From an uncultured delta proteobacterium (GTDB lineage: Bacteria; Myxococcota_A; Polyangia; Fen-1088), in assembly GCA_963755125.1 (NCBI GenBank), contig CAVWIP010000015.1:343133-407132 (forward strand): 64,000 bases of DNA, given 5' to 3'. Of this stretch, positions 29,113-39,515 are shown piece by piece; positions within the stretch are counted from its first letter, which is position 1, and every line of letters starts with the position of its first letter. The position numbers and the translations under genes are program-made. The notes below the pieces were generated by a model. It saw only the letters and a list, made by a program, of their open reading frames with translations, made no database searches and was not told the DNA's origin.

Positions 29113-31362
29113 ATGAAGAGATTCCTGAGAATCGTCATGTGGACGCTGGTGTCCCTGCTGGGGACGGCGGCTTACGCCGTGGTGGCTAGCCGGCGTGGCG
29201 AGCCGCTCAACGCCGCGTGGATGGTGGTGGCCGCGCTTGGCACCTACGCCATCGGGGTCCGTTTCTATTCCAAGTGGATAGCGGCTAAGGTGCTGATGCT
29301 CGATGATCGGCGCGCCACGCCCGCCGAGGTTCACGACGACGGCCGCGACTTCGTCCGCACCAACAAGTACGTGCTCTTCGGCCATCACTTCGCCTCCATC
29401 AGCGGACCCGGGCCGCTGGTCGGGCCGGTGCTGGCGGCGCAGTTCGGCTACTTGCCCGGCACATTGTGGATTCTCATCGGCGTGCTTCTGGGAGGGGCGG
29501 TGCAGGACTTCGTCATCCTGTTCGGTTCGGTCCGGCGCGACGGCCGGTCGCTGGTCGAGATGGTGCGTGATGAGGTCAATGGCTTTGCCGGTACCATTGC
29601 CATGCTGGCCGTGCTGGGAATTCTCATCATCATCGTGGCCAGCCTGGGCCTGGTGGTGACCAACGCGCTGGCCGAGAGCCCATGGGGCGTGGTGACCACG
29701 GCCATGACCATCCCCTTTGCCATGATCATGGGGGTGTACGTGCGCTTCCTGCGCGTGGGTAAGGTGCTGGAGATGACTGTGATCGGGGCGCTGTTCTTGC
29801 TGGCATCGCTGCTGGGTGGCTTCTGGGTGAACCAGCACGCAACCTTCGCGCTGACCTTCACCTGGAGCAAGACCACCCTGGCTCTGTGCCTGATCGGCTA
29901 TGGCCTTTCAGCCAGTGTGCTGCCGGTGTGGCTGTTGCTGGCTCCGCGCGACTACTTGGTGACCTTTCTCAAGATCGGCGTGGTGCTGCTGCTGGCCCTC
30001 GGTATCTTGCTGGTGCTGCCGCCCATCCAGATGCCCTGGCTGACCGATCCGGCGCGTTTTGCCGGCGGCATGCGGCCGGTGGTGTCGGGCAGCCTGTTCC
30101 CCTTCTGCTTCATCACCATCGCCTGCGGGTCGGTGAGTGGATTTCACGCCTTGGTCGCCAGCGGAACCACGCCCAAGATGATCACGCGCGAGCGCCATGT
30201 GCGCAGCATCGGGTACGGCGCGATGTGCCTGGAGAGCTTCGTGGGCATCATGGCCATGATCGCGGCCTGCGTGTTCGATCCTGGGCTGTACTTCGCGGTC
30301 AACGCGCCGGCCGGGCTAGTGGGTAGCACGCCCGATGCGGTCGCGGCCGCAGTGTCGGCGTGGAATTTTCCGGTGACCGCGGCGCAGATCACGGATCTGG
30401 CCCGTGCCATTGGCGAGAAGTCCGTGCTGGCGCGCACCGGCGGCGCGCCAACTCTGGCCATCGGCATGGCGCACATTTTCGGCAAGCTCATCGGCGGCGC
30501 CACCGCGATGAAGCTCTGGTACCACTTCGCCATCATGTTCGAGGCGCTGTTCATCCTGACCACCCTGGATGTGGCCACACGCATCGGACGCTTCTTGCTG
30601 CAGGAGTTGGGTGGCCGTTTCTGGAAGCCGTTCGGCGACACCAAGTCCTATCCGGCCAACATCACGGCCAGTGTGCTGTTTGCCGGGGCGTGGGGCTATT
30701 TCCTCTATGCGGGCGTGAAAGATCCCTTGGGAGGCGTGAACTCGCTGTGGCCGCTGTTTGGCATCGCCAACCAGTTGCTCGCCTGCGTGGCGCTGTGCCT
30801 GGCCACGACCATCGTTATCAAGATGGGCAAGGCTCGCCACGCGTGGGTGACGCTGCTGCCGCTGGCCTGGCTGGGTAGCGCGACGTTCGCGGCAGCCTTG
30901 CAGAAGATCTTCCATTCCAACCCACGTGTCGGGTTTGTGGCCATGGCCGAAAGACTTTCGGCCGACTTGGCGGCGGGCAGGGTGGCAGCCGGCAGGCGAG
31001 TGGCCACCGAGGCCCTGATCTTCAACAACTATCTCGATGCGGTGGCGGCCGGCATATTTCTAGCGCTGGTGATAGCCATCCTCGTGGTTTCGATTCGCGA
31101 GTGGGTTCTCATCCTGTCGGGCCGCAAGGCAGCGGTTTTGCACGAAACCGAGCCGGTGTGGCTGCCACCGCCGGTCGCGCCGGCTGCGGCGCCGCGCCCC
31201 TGGTGGCGTCTGGGTACCGCGGTGGTGGTTCTTGGCACGCTGGCCAAGGAGCTGTCAGGAGAAGCGGCAGCAGCGCGGACTAAGCTGCCAGTGGACGAGG
31301 CGCTGACCGAGGTGCTGGCGCATCGATATGAGGGGCGCCAGGGCCCGACTCGGTGTTGTTAG
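29113..31362 (+). CDS. cstA: Carbon starvation protein A (peptide/pyruvate transporter) with a C-terminal YbdD/YjiX-like tail
   Basis: [91 protein letters not shown]. Ends [12 protein letters not shown]. Confidence 0.96.
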   Translation: MKRFLRIVMWTLVSLLGTAAYAVVASRRGEPLNAAWMVVAALGTYAIGVRFYSKWIAAKVLMLDDRRATPAEVHDDGRDFVRTNKYVLFGHHFASISGPGPLVGPVLAAQFGYLPGTLWILIGVLLGGAVQDFVILFGSVRRDGRSLVEMVRDEVNGFAGTIAMLAVLGILIIIVASLGLVVTNALAESPWGVVTTAMTIPFAMIMGVYVRFLRVGKVLEMTVIGALFLLASLLGGFWVNQHATFALTFTWSKTTLALCLIGYGLSASVLPVWLLLAPRDYLVTFLKIGVVLLLALGILLVLPPIQMPWLTDPARFAGGMRPVVSGSLFPFCFITIACGSVSGFHALVASGTTPKMITRERHVRSIGYGAMCLESFVGIMAMIAACVFDPGLYFAVNAPAGLVGSTPDAVAAAVSAWNFPVTAAQITDLARAIGEKSVLARTGGAPTLAIGMAHIFGKLIGGATAMKLWYHFAIMFEALFILTTLDVATRIGRFLLQELGGRFWKPFGDTKSYPANITASVLFAGAWGYFLYAGVKDPLGGVNSLWPLFGIANQLLACVALCLATTIVIKMGKARHAWVTLLPLAWLGSATFAAALQKIFHSNPRVGFVAMAERLSADLAAGRVAAGRRVATEALIFNNYLDAVAAGIFLALVIAILVVSIREWVLILSGRKAAVLHETEPVWLPPPVAPAAAPRPWWRLGTAVVVLGTLAKELSGEAAAARTKLPVDEALTEVLAHRYEGRQGPTRCC

Positions 31363-33233
31363 CTTTGCTTGCGCATCAACTGCGAGATATCGCGGACTGC
31401 CCCGCGGGCCGCGCTGGTGGTCATGAGCGCGTAGGCTTGCAAGGACTGCGACACGGTCCGATCCCGGTCGGGCTGGAAAGCCCTGTCGCCTTTGGCTTCC
31501 ATGGTCCGACGCCGCTTGGCCAGAGTGGCCTCGTCGACCAGCAGATCGATCTGGCGATTGGGGATGTCGATGCGAATGCGGTCGCCCTCTTCGACCAGAC
31601 CGATGGTTCCGCCCTCCGCCGCCTCGGGTGAGACATGGCCGATGCTGAGACCCGAGGTTCCGCCTGAGAAGCGGCCGTCGGTGAGCAGGGCGCAGGTCTT
31701 GCCCAGGCCCTTGCCTTTGAGAAATGACGTCGGGTACAGCATCTCCTGCATGCCGGGGCCGCCCCTGGGGCCCTCGTACACGATCACCACCACGTCACCG
31801 GGCTCGATCCGGTTGGCCAGAATGGCCTGGCACGCGATCTCCTGCGAGTGGAACACGCGCGCCGGGCCTTCGAAACGCAGGATGGACTGATCCACGCCCG
31901 CGGTCTTCACGATGCAGCCGTCCTTGGCCAGGTTGCCATAGAGGACGGCCAGGCCGCCGTCCTTGCTGTAGGCGTGGGCCGCATCGCGGATGCAGCCCTT
32001 TTCCACGTCGGTGTCCGCCGCCGCGAAGTACTTCTCCTGCGAGAATGCCGTCTGCGTCGGCACGCCGCCGGGCGCCGCCAGGGTGCGCTTGCGGGCCGTT
32101 TCGCTGGCCGTGTTGCGATGGATGTCGTTGTCGGTGATGGCCTGGCCCATGGTTGGCGCGTGTACGGTCCTGGCCTCGCGGTGGATGAGTCCGGCGCGGT
32201 CCAATTCGCCCAGAATCGTGAAGATGCCGCCCGCACGGTGCACATCCTCGAGGTGGTACTGCGATGAGGGCGCCACCTTGCAGATGTTGGGCACCTTGCG
32301 CGACAGACGATCGATGTCGGCCATGGTGAAGTTCACGCCCGCCTCTTGCGCGACGGCCAGGATGTGCAACACGGTGTTGGTCGAGCCGCCCATGGCGATG
32401 TCGAGCGCCATGGCGTTCTCGAAAGCCTGCAAGGTCGCGATGCTGCGCGGGAGCACGTCGCGGTTGCCTTGCTGGTAGTGCTGCTTGGCCATCTCGACGA
32501 TGCGGCGGCCCGCGGTTTCGAACAGATCCCAGCGCCGCGCGTGGGTGGCCAGCAGGGTGCCGTTTCCCGGCAGGGCCAGCCCCAGCGCCTCGGCCAGGCA
32601 GTTCATGCTGTTGGCGGTGAACATGCCCGAGCACGATCCGCAGGTGGGACAGGCCGAGCGCTCCAGCAGGGCCAACTCGGCGTCGCTGACCTTGTCGTCG
32701 CTGGCAGCGGTCATGGTGTCGATGAGATCCAGCTTGCGCACGGTCGGCTTGCCGTCCCCATCCTTCGGCCCGGCGACGGTGCCTGCCTCCATGGGCCCGC
32801 CCGAAACGAAGATGGTCGGGATGTTGGTGCGCACGGCTGCCATCATCATGCCCGGCGTGATCTTGTCGCAGTTGGTGATGCACACCATGGCGTCGGCGCA
32901 GTGGGAATTCACCATGTACTCCACACTGTCGGCGATAAGATCGCGGCTAGGCAACGAGTAGAGCATGCCGGTGTGGCCCATCGCGATGCCGTCGTCGATG
33001 GCGATGGTGTTGAACTCGGCGCCCCAGCCGCCGGCGGCATCGATGACTTTCTTCACGCGCTGGCCGATGTCGTGCAGATGGACATGCCCGGGCACGAACT
33101 GGGTGAAGCTGTTGACGATGGCGATGATGGGCTTTTCGAAATCAGCCTCGGTCATGCCGTTGGCGCGCCAGAGGGCGCGCGCGCCTGCCATGTTGCGTCC
33201 GTGGGTGGTTGTGCGACTGCGATATCCTGCCAT
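31359..33233 (-). CDS. ilvD: Dihydroxy-acid dehydratase
   Basis: [88 protein letters not shown]. Confidence 0.97.
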   Translation of the reverse strand: MAGYRSRTTTHGRNMAGARALWRANGMTEADFEKPIIAIVNSFTQFVPGHVHLHDIGQRVKKVIDAAGGWGAEFNTIAIDDGIAMGHTGMLYSLPSRDLIADSVEYMVNSHCADAMVCITNCDKITPGMMMAAVRTNIPTIFVSGGPMEAGTVAGPKDGDGKPTVRKLDLIDTMTAASDDKVSDAELALLERSACPTCGSCSGMFTANSMNCLAEALGLALPGNGTLLATHARRWDLFETAGRRIVEMAKQHYQQGNRDVLPRSIATLQAFENAMALDIAMGGSTNTVLHILAVAQEAGVNFTMADIDRLSRKVPNICKVAPSSQYHLEDVHRAGGIFTILGELDRAGLIHREARTVHAPTMGQAITDNDIHRNTASETARKRTLAAPGGVPTQTAFSQEKYFAAADTDVEKGCIRDAAHAYSKDGGLAVLYGNLAKDGCIVKTAGVDQSILRFEGPARVFHSQEIACQAILANRIEPGDVVVIVYEGPRGGPGMQEMLYPTSFLKGKGLGKTCALLTDGRFSGGTSGLSIGHVSPEAAEGGTIGLVEEGDRIRIDIPNRQIDLLVDEATLAKRRRTMEAKGDRAFQPDRDRTVSQSLQAYALMTTSAARGAVRDISQLMRKQS

Positions 33234-33372
33234 GCCCCTAGCTATAGGATCTTCGGGCCGTGCCGTCCACCCTTGCTGCTGCGCACTTGTCACGTGCCGG
33301 TATTGCCAAACCAATGAGTGGCGAATTCTTCGACAAGAGTGGGGAAGCGGCTATGTTCCCTGGCGGTGCCCC

Positions 33373-33720
33373 ATGCGTGAAATCGTCGCGGACCAGAATC
33401 TGATCGCCGCCTGCGGCCTGTACTGTGGCGCCTGCAGCAAGTACCTGCGCGGCCGTTGCCCAGGCTGTGCTGCCAACCAGAATGCCACGTGGTGTTCGGT
33501 CCGAAGTTGCTGCGGGCAGCGCGGCTACAAGAGCTGCGCGGATTGCACCGAGTTTTCCAACGTGAAGGATTGCAAGAAGTACAACAACTGGATAGCGCGG
33601 GCCTTTGGGCTGATTTTTCGTTCCAACCGTGCGGCCTGCATTGCGCTCATCCGAGAGCAGGGCTATCCGGTTTTTGCCGCTGACATGGCGGCCAACCAGA
33701 GGCAGAGCCTCCCGCGCTAG
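33373..33720 (+). CDS. Cys-rich DUF3795-like protein
   Basis: IAACGLYCGAC...CPGC...CSVRSCC...SCADC. Confidence 0.82.
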   Translation: MREIVADQNLIAACGLYCGACSKYLRGRCPGCAANQNATWCSVRSCCGQRGYKSCADCTEFSNVKDCKKYNNWIARAFGLIFRSNRAACIALIREQGYPVFAADMAANQRQSLPR

Positions 33721-33738
33721 CCGGGCAGCCAGCGGCCC

Positions 33739-34314
33739 ATGGACAGATTCTTCGGCGTTTTCTCGGTCGTTCTTCTTCTGCTCGGCTGTGGCCACACCGG
33801 CCCGGAGGCGGCCCGGCCCGCGCCGTCCCCCGAAGAGGTGCTGGAGCGCGGAGGAGAACTGGCCGACGCCGACGCTGTGCGAGCCAAGGTGTCAGTTACG
33901 GCGGACAGAGTGTCGGTGTGGGGCATGACCGAGGTGCCGGACGGCTCGCGCATGCAGATGGCCCTTGCAGGCGTGGACGCCATCACGCGCTCCGAGCTGC
34001 TGAAGTCGATCGAGGTGCGCGTGTCTGGTGTGGTCACGTCGGTGGAGAGCACTGATCCCTCCAGGCGTTCCGTGGTGGTGGAGAGCGTCGAAGCCGTGAG
34101 CGGGGCACTCAGCGAAACCGGGCCGCTGCCGCACGGCTGGGCGCGGGTACGGCGTGGCGACAAGGTCGTGCTTCGCCTGTGGGCGCGGCTCGACGTGGCG
34201 CGGACAGTTCTAGAGAGCGCCATTCGTGCGGCCGTGGCGAGGGCAGGGCAGGGGGATGCTTCTGCTATCATCGGCGGCCTGGCCACGCCCCCGATGGAAG
34301 CGCTCGGGAGGTAG
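33739..34314 (+). CDS. Hypothetical lipoprotein
   Basis: Lipobox LLLG-C after a hydrophobic stretch; co-oriented with its neighbours. Confidence 0.7.
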   Translation: MDRFFGVFSVVLLLLGCGHTGPEAARPAPSPEEVLERGGELADADAVRAKVSVTADRVSVWGMTEVPDGSRMQMALAGVDAITRSELLKSIEVRVSGVVTSVESTDPSRRSVVVESVEAVSGALSETGPLPHGWARVRRGDKVVLRLWARLDVARTVLESAIRAAVARAGQGDASAIIGGLATPPMEALGR

Positions 34315-34339
34315 CAGGACAGACTTCTTCGCGCAAATC

Positions 34340-34369
34340 TTGCCTTCCTGGTCGGATGTTCAGTAGACT
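34340..34369 (+). promoter_or_regulatory. Candidate leaderless sigma-70 promoter with a degenerate LexA box in the spacer
   Basis: TTGCCT-N18-TAGACT-N6-GTG start. The spacer contains CTGGTCGGATGTTCAG (34348-34363), the same CTG-N7-GTTCAG frame as the palindrome at 16993. Confidence 0.55.
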
Positions 34370-34375
34370 GGGTTC

Positions 34376-35524
34376 GTGCCGCTTCTCCGGGTCACTCCAT
34401 CGGTGCAGAGCACGCTCGACGCCCTCACGCAGGCGGCCCGCCACGATCTTTCTTGCGCCTGCGGCCCTTCGCAGCCACGGCAGCGCGGCCGCGACGGACT
34501 GTGGATCTATCCGGCGGCGCTGCCCTCGGGCCAGCGCGTGCCCATGCTCAAAGTGCTACAGGCGTCGGGCTGCGAACGCTCGTGTATCTACTGCGTGGAA
34601 CGTTGCGGAGGGCGGGGGCGATCCCTGGCGCTGCGGCCCGAGCAACTGGCCGGCGCCTTCATGGACCTGCACAGCCAGGGCCGCGTGTTTGGGCTGTTCC
34701 TTTCTTCCGCGATTCAAGGGACCGCGGAGGCGACCATGGACCGCATGCTGGGCACGGCCGAACTACTCCGCCGGCGTCACCGGTTTCGCGGCTACATCCA
34801 CCTGAAGATGATCCCTGGTTGTCGGCCCGACCAGATCGACCGCGCCATGCAATTGGCCACGCGTCTGTCGGTGAACATGGAGGCGCCCTCGGCCGCGCAT
34901 CTGGCGCGCATCGCACCCGGCAAGAAATTCGATGCCGAGATCCTATCGCCCATGCGCCAGGTCAGTCGGGCCATCGCCGAGGGTCGCTTTGCGCGCGCGG
35001 GACAGACGACGCAATTGGTGGTGGGCGCGGCTGGCGAAGCAGATCAGGAAGTGGCGCGGGCCGCGGCCTGGGCGTATCGCGAGTTGAAGCTGGCGCGCAT
35101 CTACTATTCGGCGCTGCAGCCCCTGCCCGGAACCCCGGTCGCGGATCGGCCGCCGATTGCCTTTGGCCGCGAGCACCGTCTGTATCAGGTGGATTTCCTG
35201 CTGCGCAGCTACGGTTTTTCCATCGACGAGATCCAGTTCGACGCGGGTGGCGCCCTGTCGCTCGACGTGGACCCCAAGACGGCCTGGGCGCGCCGCCACC
35301 CGGAACGCTTCCCGGTCGAGATCAACACCGCGGCGCGGGCCGATCTGCTGCGCGTCCCCGGCATCGGGCCGCGCGCGGCCGAGCGCCTGGAAGGGATGCG
35401 CCGGGAACAGCGTCTGCGCGATATCGCGGCGTTGCGCGCAGCCGGCGCGTCCTGGAGGGTGGCTGCGCCCTTCGTGCTTCTCGATGGCAAGCCCGCCGAG
35501 CGACAGATGAATTTGTGGGGTTAG
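34376..35524 (+). CDS. Putative DNA modification/repair radical SAM protein with a helix-hairpin-helix (TIGR03916-like)
   Basis: AARHDLSC, LKVLQASGCERSCIYC, GLFLSS, FRGYIHLK, RLSVNMEAP, GQTTQLVVG, REHRLYQVDFLLRSYGF, DPKTAWA, FPVEINTA...LLRVPGIGP. Confidence 0.88.
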   Translation: MPLLRVTPSVQSTLDALTQAARHDLSCACGPSQPRQRGRDGLWIYPAALPSGQRVPMLKVLQASGCERSCIYCVERCGGRGRSLALRPEQLAGAFMDLHSQGRVFGLFLSSAIQGTAEATMDRMLGTAELLRRRHRFRGYIHLKMIPGCRPDQIDRAMQLATRLSVNMEAPSAAHLARIAPGKKFDAEILSPMRQVSRAIAEGRFARAGQTTQLVVGAAGEADQEVARAAAWAYRELKLARIYYSALQPLPGTPVADRPPIAFGREHRLYQVDFLLRSYGFSIDEIQFDAGGALSLDVDPKTAWARRHPERFPVEINTAARADLLRVPGIGPRAAERLEGMRREQRLRDIAALRAAGASWRVAAPFVLLDGKPAERQMNLWG

Positions 35525-35534
35525 CGGGAATTCG

Positions 35535-35619
35535 TGCCGGGGATGGGAGTCGAACCCATATGTCGTTTTCGCGACAGCGGATTTTAAGTCCGCCGCGTTT
35601 GCCATTTCGCCACCCCGGC
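35535..35619 (-). tRNA. tRNA-Leu (anticodon UAA)
   Basis: Minus strand reads GCCGGGGTGGCGAAATGGCAAACGCGGCGGACTTAAAATCCGCTGTCGCGAAAACGACATATGGGTTCGACTCCCATCCCCGGCA. Acceptor stem GCCGGGG/CCCCGGC, anticodon loop CTTAAAA, long variable arm, GTTCGA T-loop. CCA is not encoded. Confidence 0.95.
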
Positions 35620-35844
35620 AAACCTAACAATTCTATGAAGTTATGACGGCCTTGTCCGCCTGCCCGTTCGTGCCCGTAACCACAGCGTAGCCCGCCCTGT
35701 CCGAATCGTCCGTCTCGTCTCCTGCCAAGCTGGGTGATTCTGCCCATTGGCGCCTTCGGGTCAACGCTCAAGCGTACACGCGAAAGAGCCGAAGAACATA
35801 GAAGCTTCCGGGCCCGTCACGCACGTTTATAGGGTAGGACGAAC

Positions 35845-37137
35845 TTGGCTCGCTTCTTCACAGTCGGGTTGGCAGCAGTTGCCGCAACCGCCCTGTTTGC
35901 GGCTTGTGTAAATCTCACGCAGCCGCCCTGGGGGCAAGCCAACGATGCCGGCGACACGGGTGGAAGCGGGGCCGCGGCAAGGGCCGGCAGCGGTGGAGCG
36001 GTCGTGGTCGGACCGGATGCTGCGGGTGGTGCTTCGGGCGGCGGCGTTGCCACGGGTGGTACGCCGACGGGCGGGGTGGGTGGATTGCCGGTAGCGGGCG
36101 GTACGACGGCCGCAGCGCCAGGAGGAACCAGTGGGACGCCGACGGGCGGAGCAGGGGGGAACGTCGCGCAGGACGCGGGGCCCGTGGCCGGCGCACCCCG
36201 GGATGGCGGGGTCGACGTTCCAGTCCCGACCGACACCAACCGGCCCGTCGATCTGCCGACGGGCGGGACCGCAACCGGGGGCACGAGCGCGGGCGGAACG
36301 AGCGGGACTGCTGCGGGCGGCGCCGGGGGAACAATCGCGGCGGACGCGGGGCCCGTGGCCGGCACGACCTCGCCTCGCGATGTCGGGGTCGACGTTGCAC
36401 CGGATGCAACCGGGGGCTCTGGTGGCGCCGGGGCAGGTGGAACCGGAGGTGCAGGAACGGGCGGAGCTGTGGCGGACGCTGCGATTGTACCGATGATCAT
36501 CAGCATCGACTTCGTGGGGGGAGGCGTGGCTGTCGATTCTGGAGCGACCGGAACAGTCGTGATGGGTGCCACTGAATCCGCAGGAGTCAAGCCGGCCACG
36601 CATTGGAACAGTGCCGCAAGCAACACAGGCACGCTGGCATCGCTGAAATTGGCAGACGGCACCACCACCTCCGCGTCTGCTACCTGGACCACGCCTGTCG
36701 CGAGCGGAGAGACATCAGCAACCTGGAGCCTCGACTGGCCTGACTCCCCGGGTGACGTGCGCATGATGAATGGCTACCTCGATCCCAGGGCGACGGCCTC
36801 GCCAGCGACAATCAACGTGACTGGTCTGGCCAGTCCGATGAGCAGCGGATACGACGTCTATGTCTATTGTTTCGAGGACATGACTTGGGCAGATACCCGT
36901 ACTTCCAAGTACACAATCGGCTCGACGACGCACACTGTGAAACAGACGGAACCGCCGCAGGTCACTTCCTTCCCAGGATACACGCTGGCGCCCGAGGGAG
37001 GCGCCGGCAACTACGTCGTGTTCAAGAACGTGACGGGAAGCAGCTTCACCTTGACTGCAATGCCGGGAACGTCGCTGCATTCGACTGTGCGCGCGCCGGT
37101 CAACGGCATTCAGATCGTGTACCCGTCGGGATCTTAG
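35845..37137 (+). CDS. Lipoprotein with a long Gly/Thr/Ala linker and a C-terminal beta-rich domain
   Basis: Lipobox FAA-C. Duplicated linker GGTSGT..GGAGG..A.DAGPVAG..PRD.GVDV. C-terminal domain ISIDFVGG...MMNGYLD...YDVYVY...GNYVVF...RAPVNGIQIV. Confidence 0.8.
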   Translation: MARFFTVGLAAVAATALFAACVNLTQPPWGQANDAGDTGGSGAAARAGSGGAVVVGPDAAGGASGGGVATGGTPTGGVGGLPVAGGTTAAAPGGTSGTPTGGAGGNVAQDAGPVAGAPRDGGVDVPVPTDTNRPVDLPTGGTATGGTSAGGTSGTAAGGAGGTIAADAGPVAGTTSPRDVGVDVAPDATGGSGGAGAGGTGGAGTGGAVADAAIVPMIISIDFVGGGVAVDSGATGTVVMGATESAGVKPATHWNSAASNTGTLASLKLADGTTTSASATWTTPVASGETSATWSLDWPDSPGDVRMMNGYLDPRATASPATINVTGLASPMSSGYDVYVYCFEDMTWADTRTSKYTIGSTTHTVKQTEPPQVTSFPGYTLAPEGGAGNYVVFKNVTGSSFTLTAMPGTSLHSTVRAPVNGIQIVYPSGS

Positions 37138-37143
37138 AATCCC

Positions 37144-37788
37144 CTACAGGCTGCGCAGGTGGCCGTCGGCCAGGCCGGCTGGCGTGCCGCGCACGTGTAC
37201 GCGCCGTCCGTCCACGGTCACGCGGTTCTCGGCGATGGCGCGTATGACGGCAGGATAAAGTCGGTGCTCCTCGGCCAGGATGCGCAGGCGCAAGGCTTCC
37301 TCGTCGTCGCCGTCGAGCACCGGCACCACGGCTTGGGCGATGATGGGGCCGGTGTCGGTGCCCGCGTCGACAAAGTGCACGGTGCAGCCCGAGAAGCGTA
37401 CGCCGTAGTCGAAGGCCTGCTCTTGCGCATGCACGCCGGGGAAGGAGGGCAGCAGAGCGGGGTGAATGTTGACCACCCGGTGGGGAAAAGCGTCGAGCAG
37501 CACCGGCGTCACGATGCGCATGAATCCCGCCAAGGCGACCACACCTACGCCATGCCGGCGCAGTTCGTCCAGAAGTGCGTGATCGAACTCCTCGCGCGTG
37601 GCGAAATCCTTGTGCGAGCGCACGAAGGTGGGAATGCCGGCCTGGGCTGCGCGTTCGAGGGCCCCACAGCCGGGCACGTTGGCTCCCACAACCACAACAC
37701 GCGCCGGGCCCATCTCGCCGCGCGTGGCTGCGTCGATGAGAGCCTGCAGGTTGGTGCCGCTGCCCGAGGCGAGGACGCCGACCTTCAT
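37144..37788 (-). CDS. purN: Phosphoribosylglycinamide formyltransferase
   Basis: [57 protein letters not shown]. Confidence 0.97.
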   Translation of the reverse strand: MKVGVLASGSGTNLQALIDAATRGEMGPARVVVVGANVPGCGALERAAQAGIPTFVRSHKDFATREEFDHALLDELRRHGVGVVALAGFMRIVTPVLLDAFPHRVVNIHPALLPSFPGVHAQEQAFDYGVRFSGCTVHFVDAGTDTGPIIAQAVVPVLDGDDEEALRLRILAEEHRLYPAVIRAIAENRVTVDGRRVHVRGTPAGLADGHLRSL

Positions 37789-38861
37789 GGGATGAACTCC
37801 ACCGGCGCGTCGGGCCGATCCGCCACCACCACTTGGCCGATGATGGTGGCCTTCTCGCCCTCGGCTTCCAAGATCGACTGGGCCGCGTCGGCGGCGCCGG
37901 CCGGCACGGCCACCACCATGCCGATGCCCATGTTGAAGGTGCGTCGCATCTCATCAGGAGCCACCCTGCCCAGCTTTTGCAGGAGGCCGAACACCCGCGG
38001 CGGCGTCCAGGAACGCAGGTTGATCTGCAGCGCCAGCAGCGCACCTGGGGGCAACATGCGCGGCGGGTTGTCGACCAGGCCTCCGCCGGTGATGTGAGCC
38101 GCGCCCTTCATCAGGCCGGCCGCAGCCAGCATGCGCAGGGCGCGCACGTAGATGCGGGTCGGGCGCAGCAGGGCTTGGCCCAACGGCTCGTCGAGCCCAT
38201 CGGGCTTGGCGGCAAGATCGAGCCGGGCGTGGTCGAGAAGCACGCGGCGCACGAGCGAGTAGCCGTTGGAGTGGAATCCTGACGAGGCCAGGCCCAGCAG
38301 CACATCGCCCGCCGCGATGGTCTTGCCTTCGATGAGCGCGGCCTTGTCCACCACGCCCACACAGAAGCCGGCCAGATCGTACTCGCCCGGCTGGTAGAAG
38401 CCGGGCAACTCCGCGGTTTCTCCGCCGATGAGCGCGCAGCCCGCCTGCTTGCAGCCATCGGCGACGCCGGAGATGACCTGCTCGGCCACGCCCACTTCCA
38501 GATGGCCGGCGGCAAAGTAGTCTAGAAAGAGCAACGGCTCAGCCCCGCACACCACCAGGTCATTCACGCTCATCGCCACCAGATCGACGCCGACCGTGTC
38601 GTGCTTGCCCATGAGAAAAGCCAGCTTCAGCTTGGTGCCCACGCCGTCGGTGCAGGCCACCAGCAACGGGTTCTTGTAGTTCTTGGGCAGCGCGCACAGG
38701 CCAGCGAAACCACCCAGGTCGGTCAACACCTCGGGCCGCATGGTGCGCTTGACGTGCGTCTTGATGCGCTCGACCAGCGTGTCGCCCGCGTCGATGTCGA
38801 CGCCGGCATCGCGGTAGGTCAGTCCCGGTTGTGTCTTCTTGCTGTCGGGTGCATCAGCCAT
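37785..38861 (-). CDS. purM: AIR synthetase
   Basis: [65 protein letters not shown]. Confidence 0.97.
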   Translation of the reverse strand: MADAPDSKKTQPGLTYRDAGVDIDAGDTLVERIKTHVKRTMRPEVLTDLGGFAGLCALPKNYKNPLLVACTDGVGTKLKLAFLMGKHDTVGVDLVAMSVNDLVVCGAEPLLFLDYFAAGHLEVGVAEQVISGVADGCKQAGCALIGGETAELPGFYQPGEYDLAGFCVGVVDKAALIEGKTIAAGDVLLGLASSGFHSNGYSLVRRVLLDHARLDLAAKPDGLDEPLGQALLRPTRIYVRALRMLAAAGLMKGAAHITGGGLVDNPPRMLPPGALLALQINLRSWTPPRVFGLLQKLGRVAPDEMRRTFNMGIGMVVAVPAGAADAAQSILEAEGEKATIIGQVVVADRPDAPVEFIP

Positions 38862-38922
38862 GGTCAACCTCCCTCGCCGCGCGCAGCGAAGATATACGCC
38901 CGTGAAACGCTCGGCGGTAGTG

Positions 38923-39363
38923 TCACTTTCGTTCCGGCTTGAGTTCGCCCCACAGCGTCGCAACGATGCTCCGGCCTTCGCCGTCTGACCGATGCTCACC
39001 CAGGTAGATGCCTTGCCAGGTGCCGAGTTGCAGGCGTCCGTCCGAGATGGGCAAGGTCAGCGTCACGCCCAGCAGGCCAGATTTCACGTGGGCCGGCATA
39101 TCGTCGGCGCCCTCCAGGGTGTGGACGAAGTAGCGAGCGCCATCCGGGATGGCGTGGTCGCTCCAATGGGAGAAATCAGCGCGCACGTCGGGGTCCGCGT
39201 TTTCGTTAAGGAAGAGCGACGCCGAGGTGTGTTGCAAAAACAGGTGCAGCATGCCGACCCGCACGGACGCCAACCCGGGGATCTGTGACACGATCTCGTG
39301 CGTGACGAGATGAAAGCCTCGGGGCCGGGCTGCGAGTCGGATGATGGCTTGGTTCCAGTACAA
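38923..39363 (-). CDS. yjbQ: YjbQ/UPF0047 secondary thiamine-phosphate synthase family protein
   Basis: [53 protein letters not shown] start is assumed. Confidence 0.9.
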   Translation of the reverse strand: MYWNQAIIRLAARPRGFHLVTHEIVSQIPGLASVRVGMLHLFLQHTSASLFLNENADPDVRADFSHWSDHAIPDGARYFVHTLEGADDMPAHVKSGLLGVTLTLPISDGRLQLGTWQGIYLGEHRSDGEGRSIVATLWGELKPERK

Positions 39364-39515
39364 GGGATGGCCAGCCTTTTGCCGCAGGACCAGGCCGTTT
39401 GTAAAGACCACACTTCACGGGAAGAAACAGGTCCGGACGACGGTTGTTCGCATAGGATGGCTCGCGGCAGCGCGGCCCACCCTGGTAAGAAAGCAAGAAA
39501 CTGGAAAGGCACACC

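Noticed and set aside
35535..35619. tRNA-Leu as an integration site for a genomic island
   Set aside because: I saw no integrase and no duplicated tRNA 3' end in the window.
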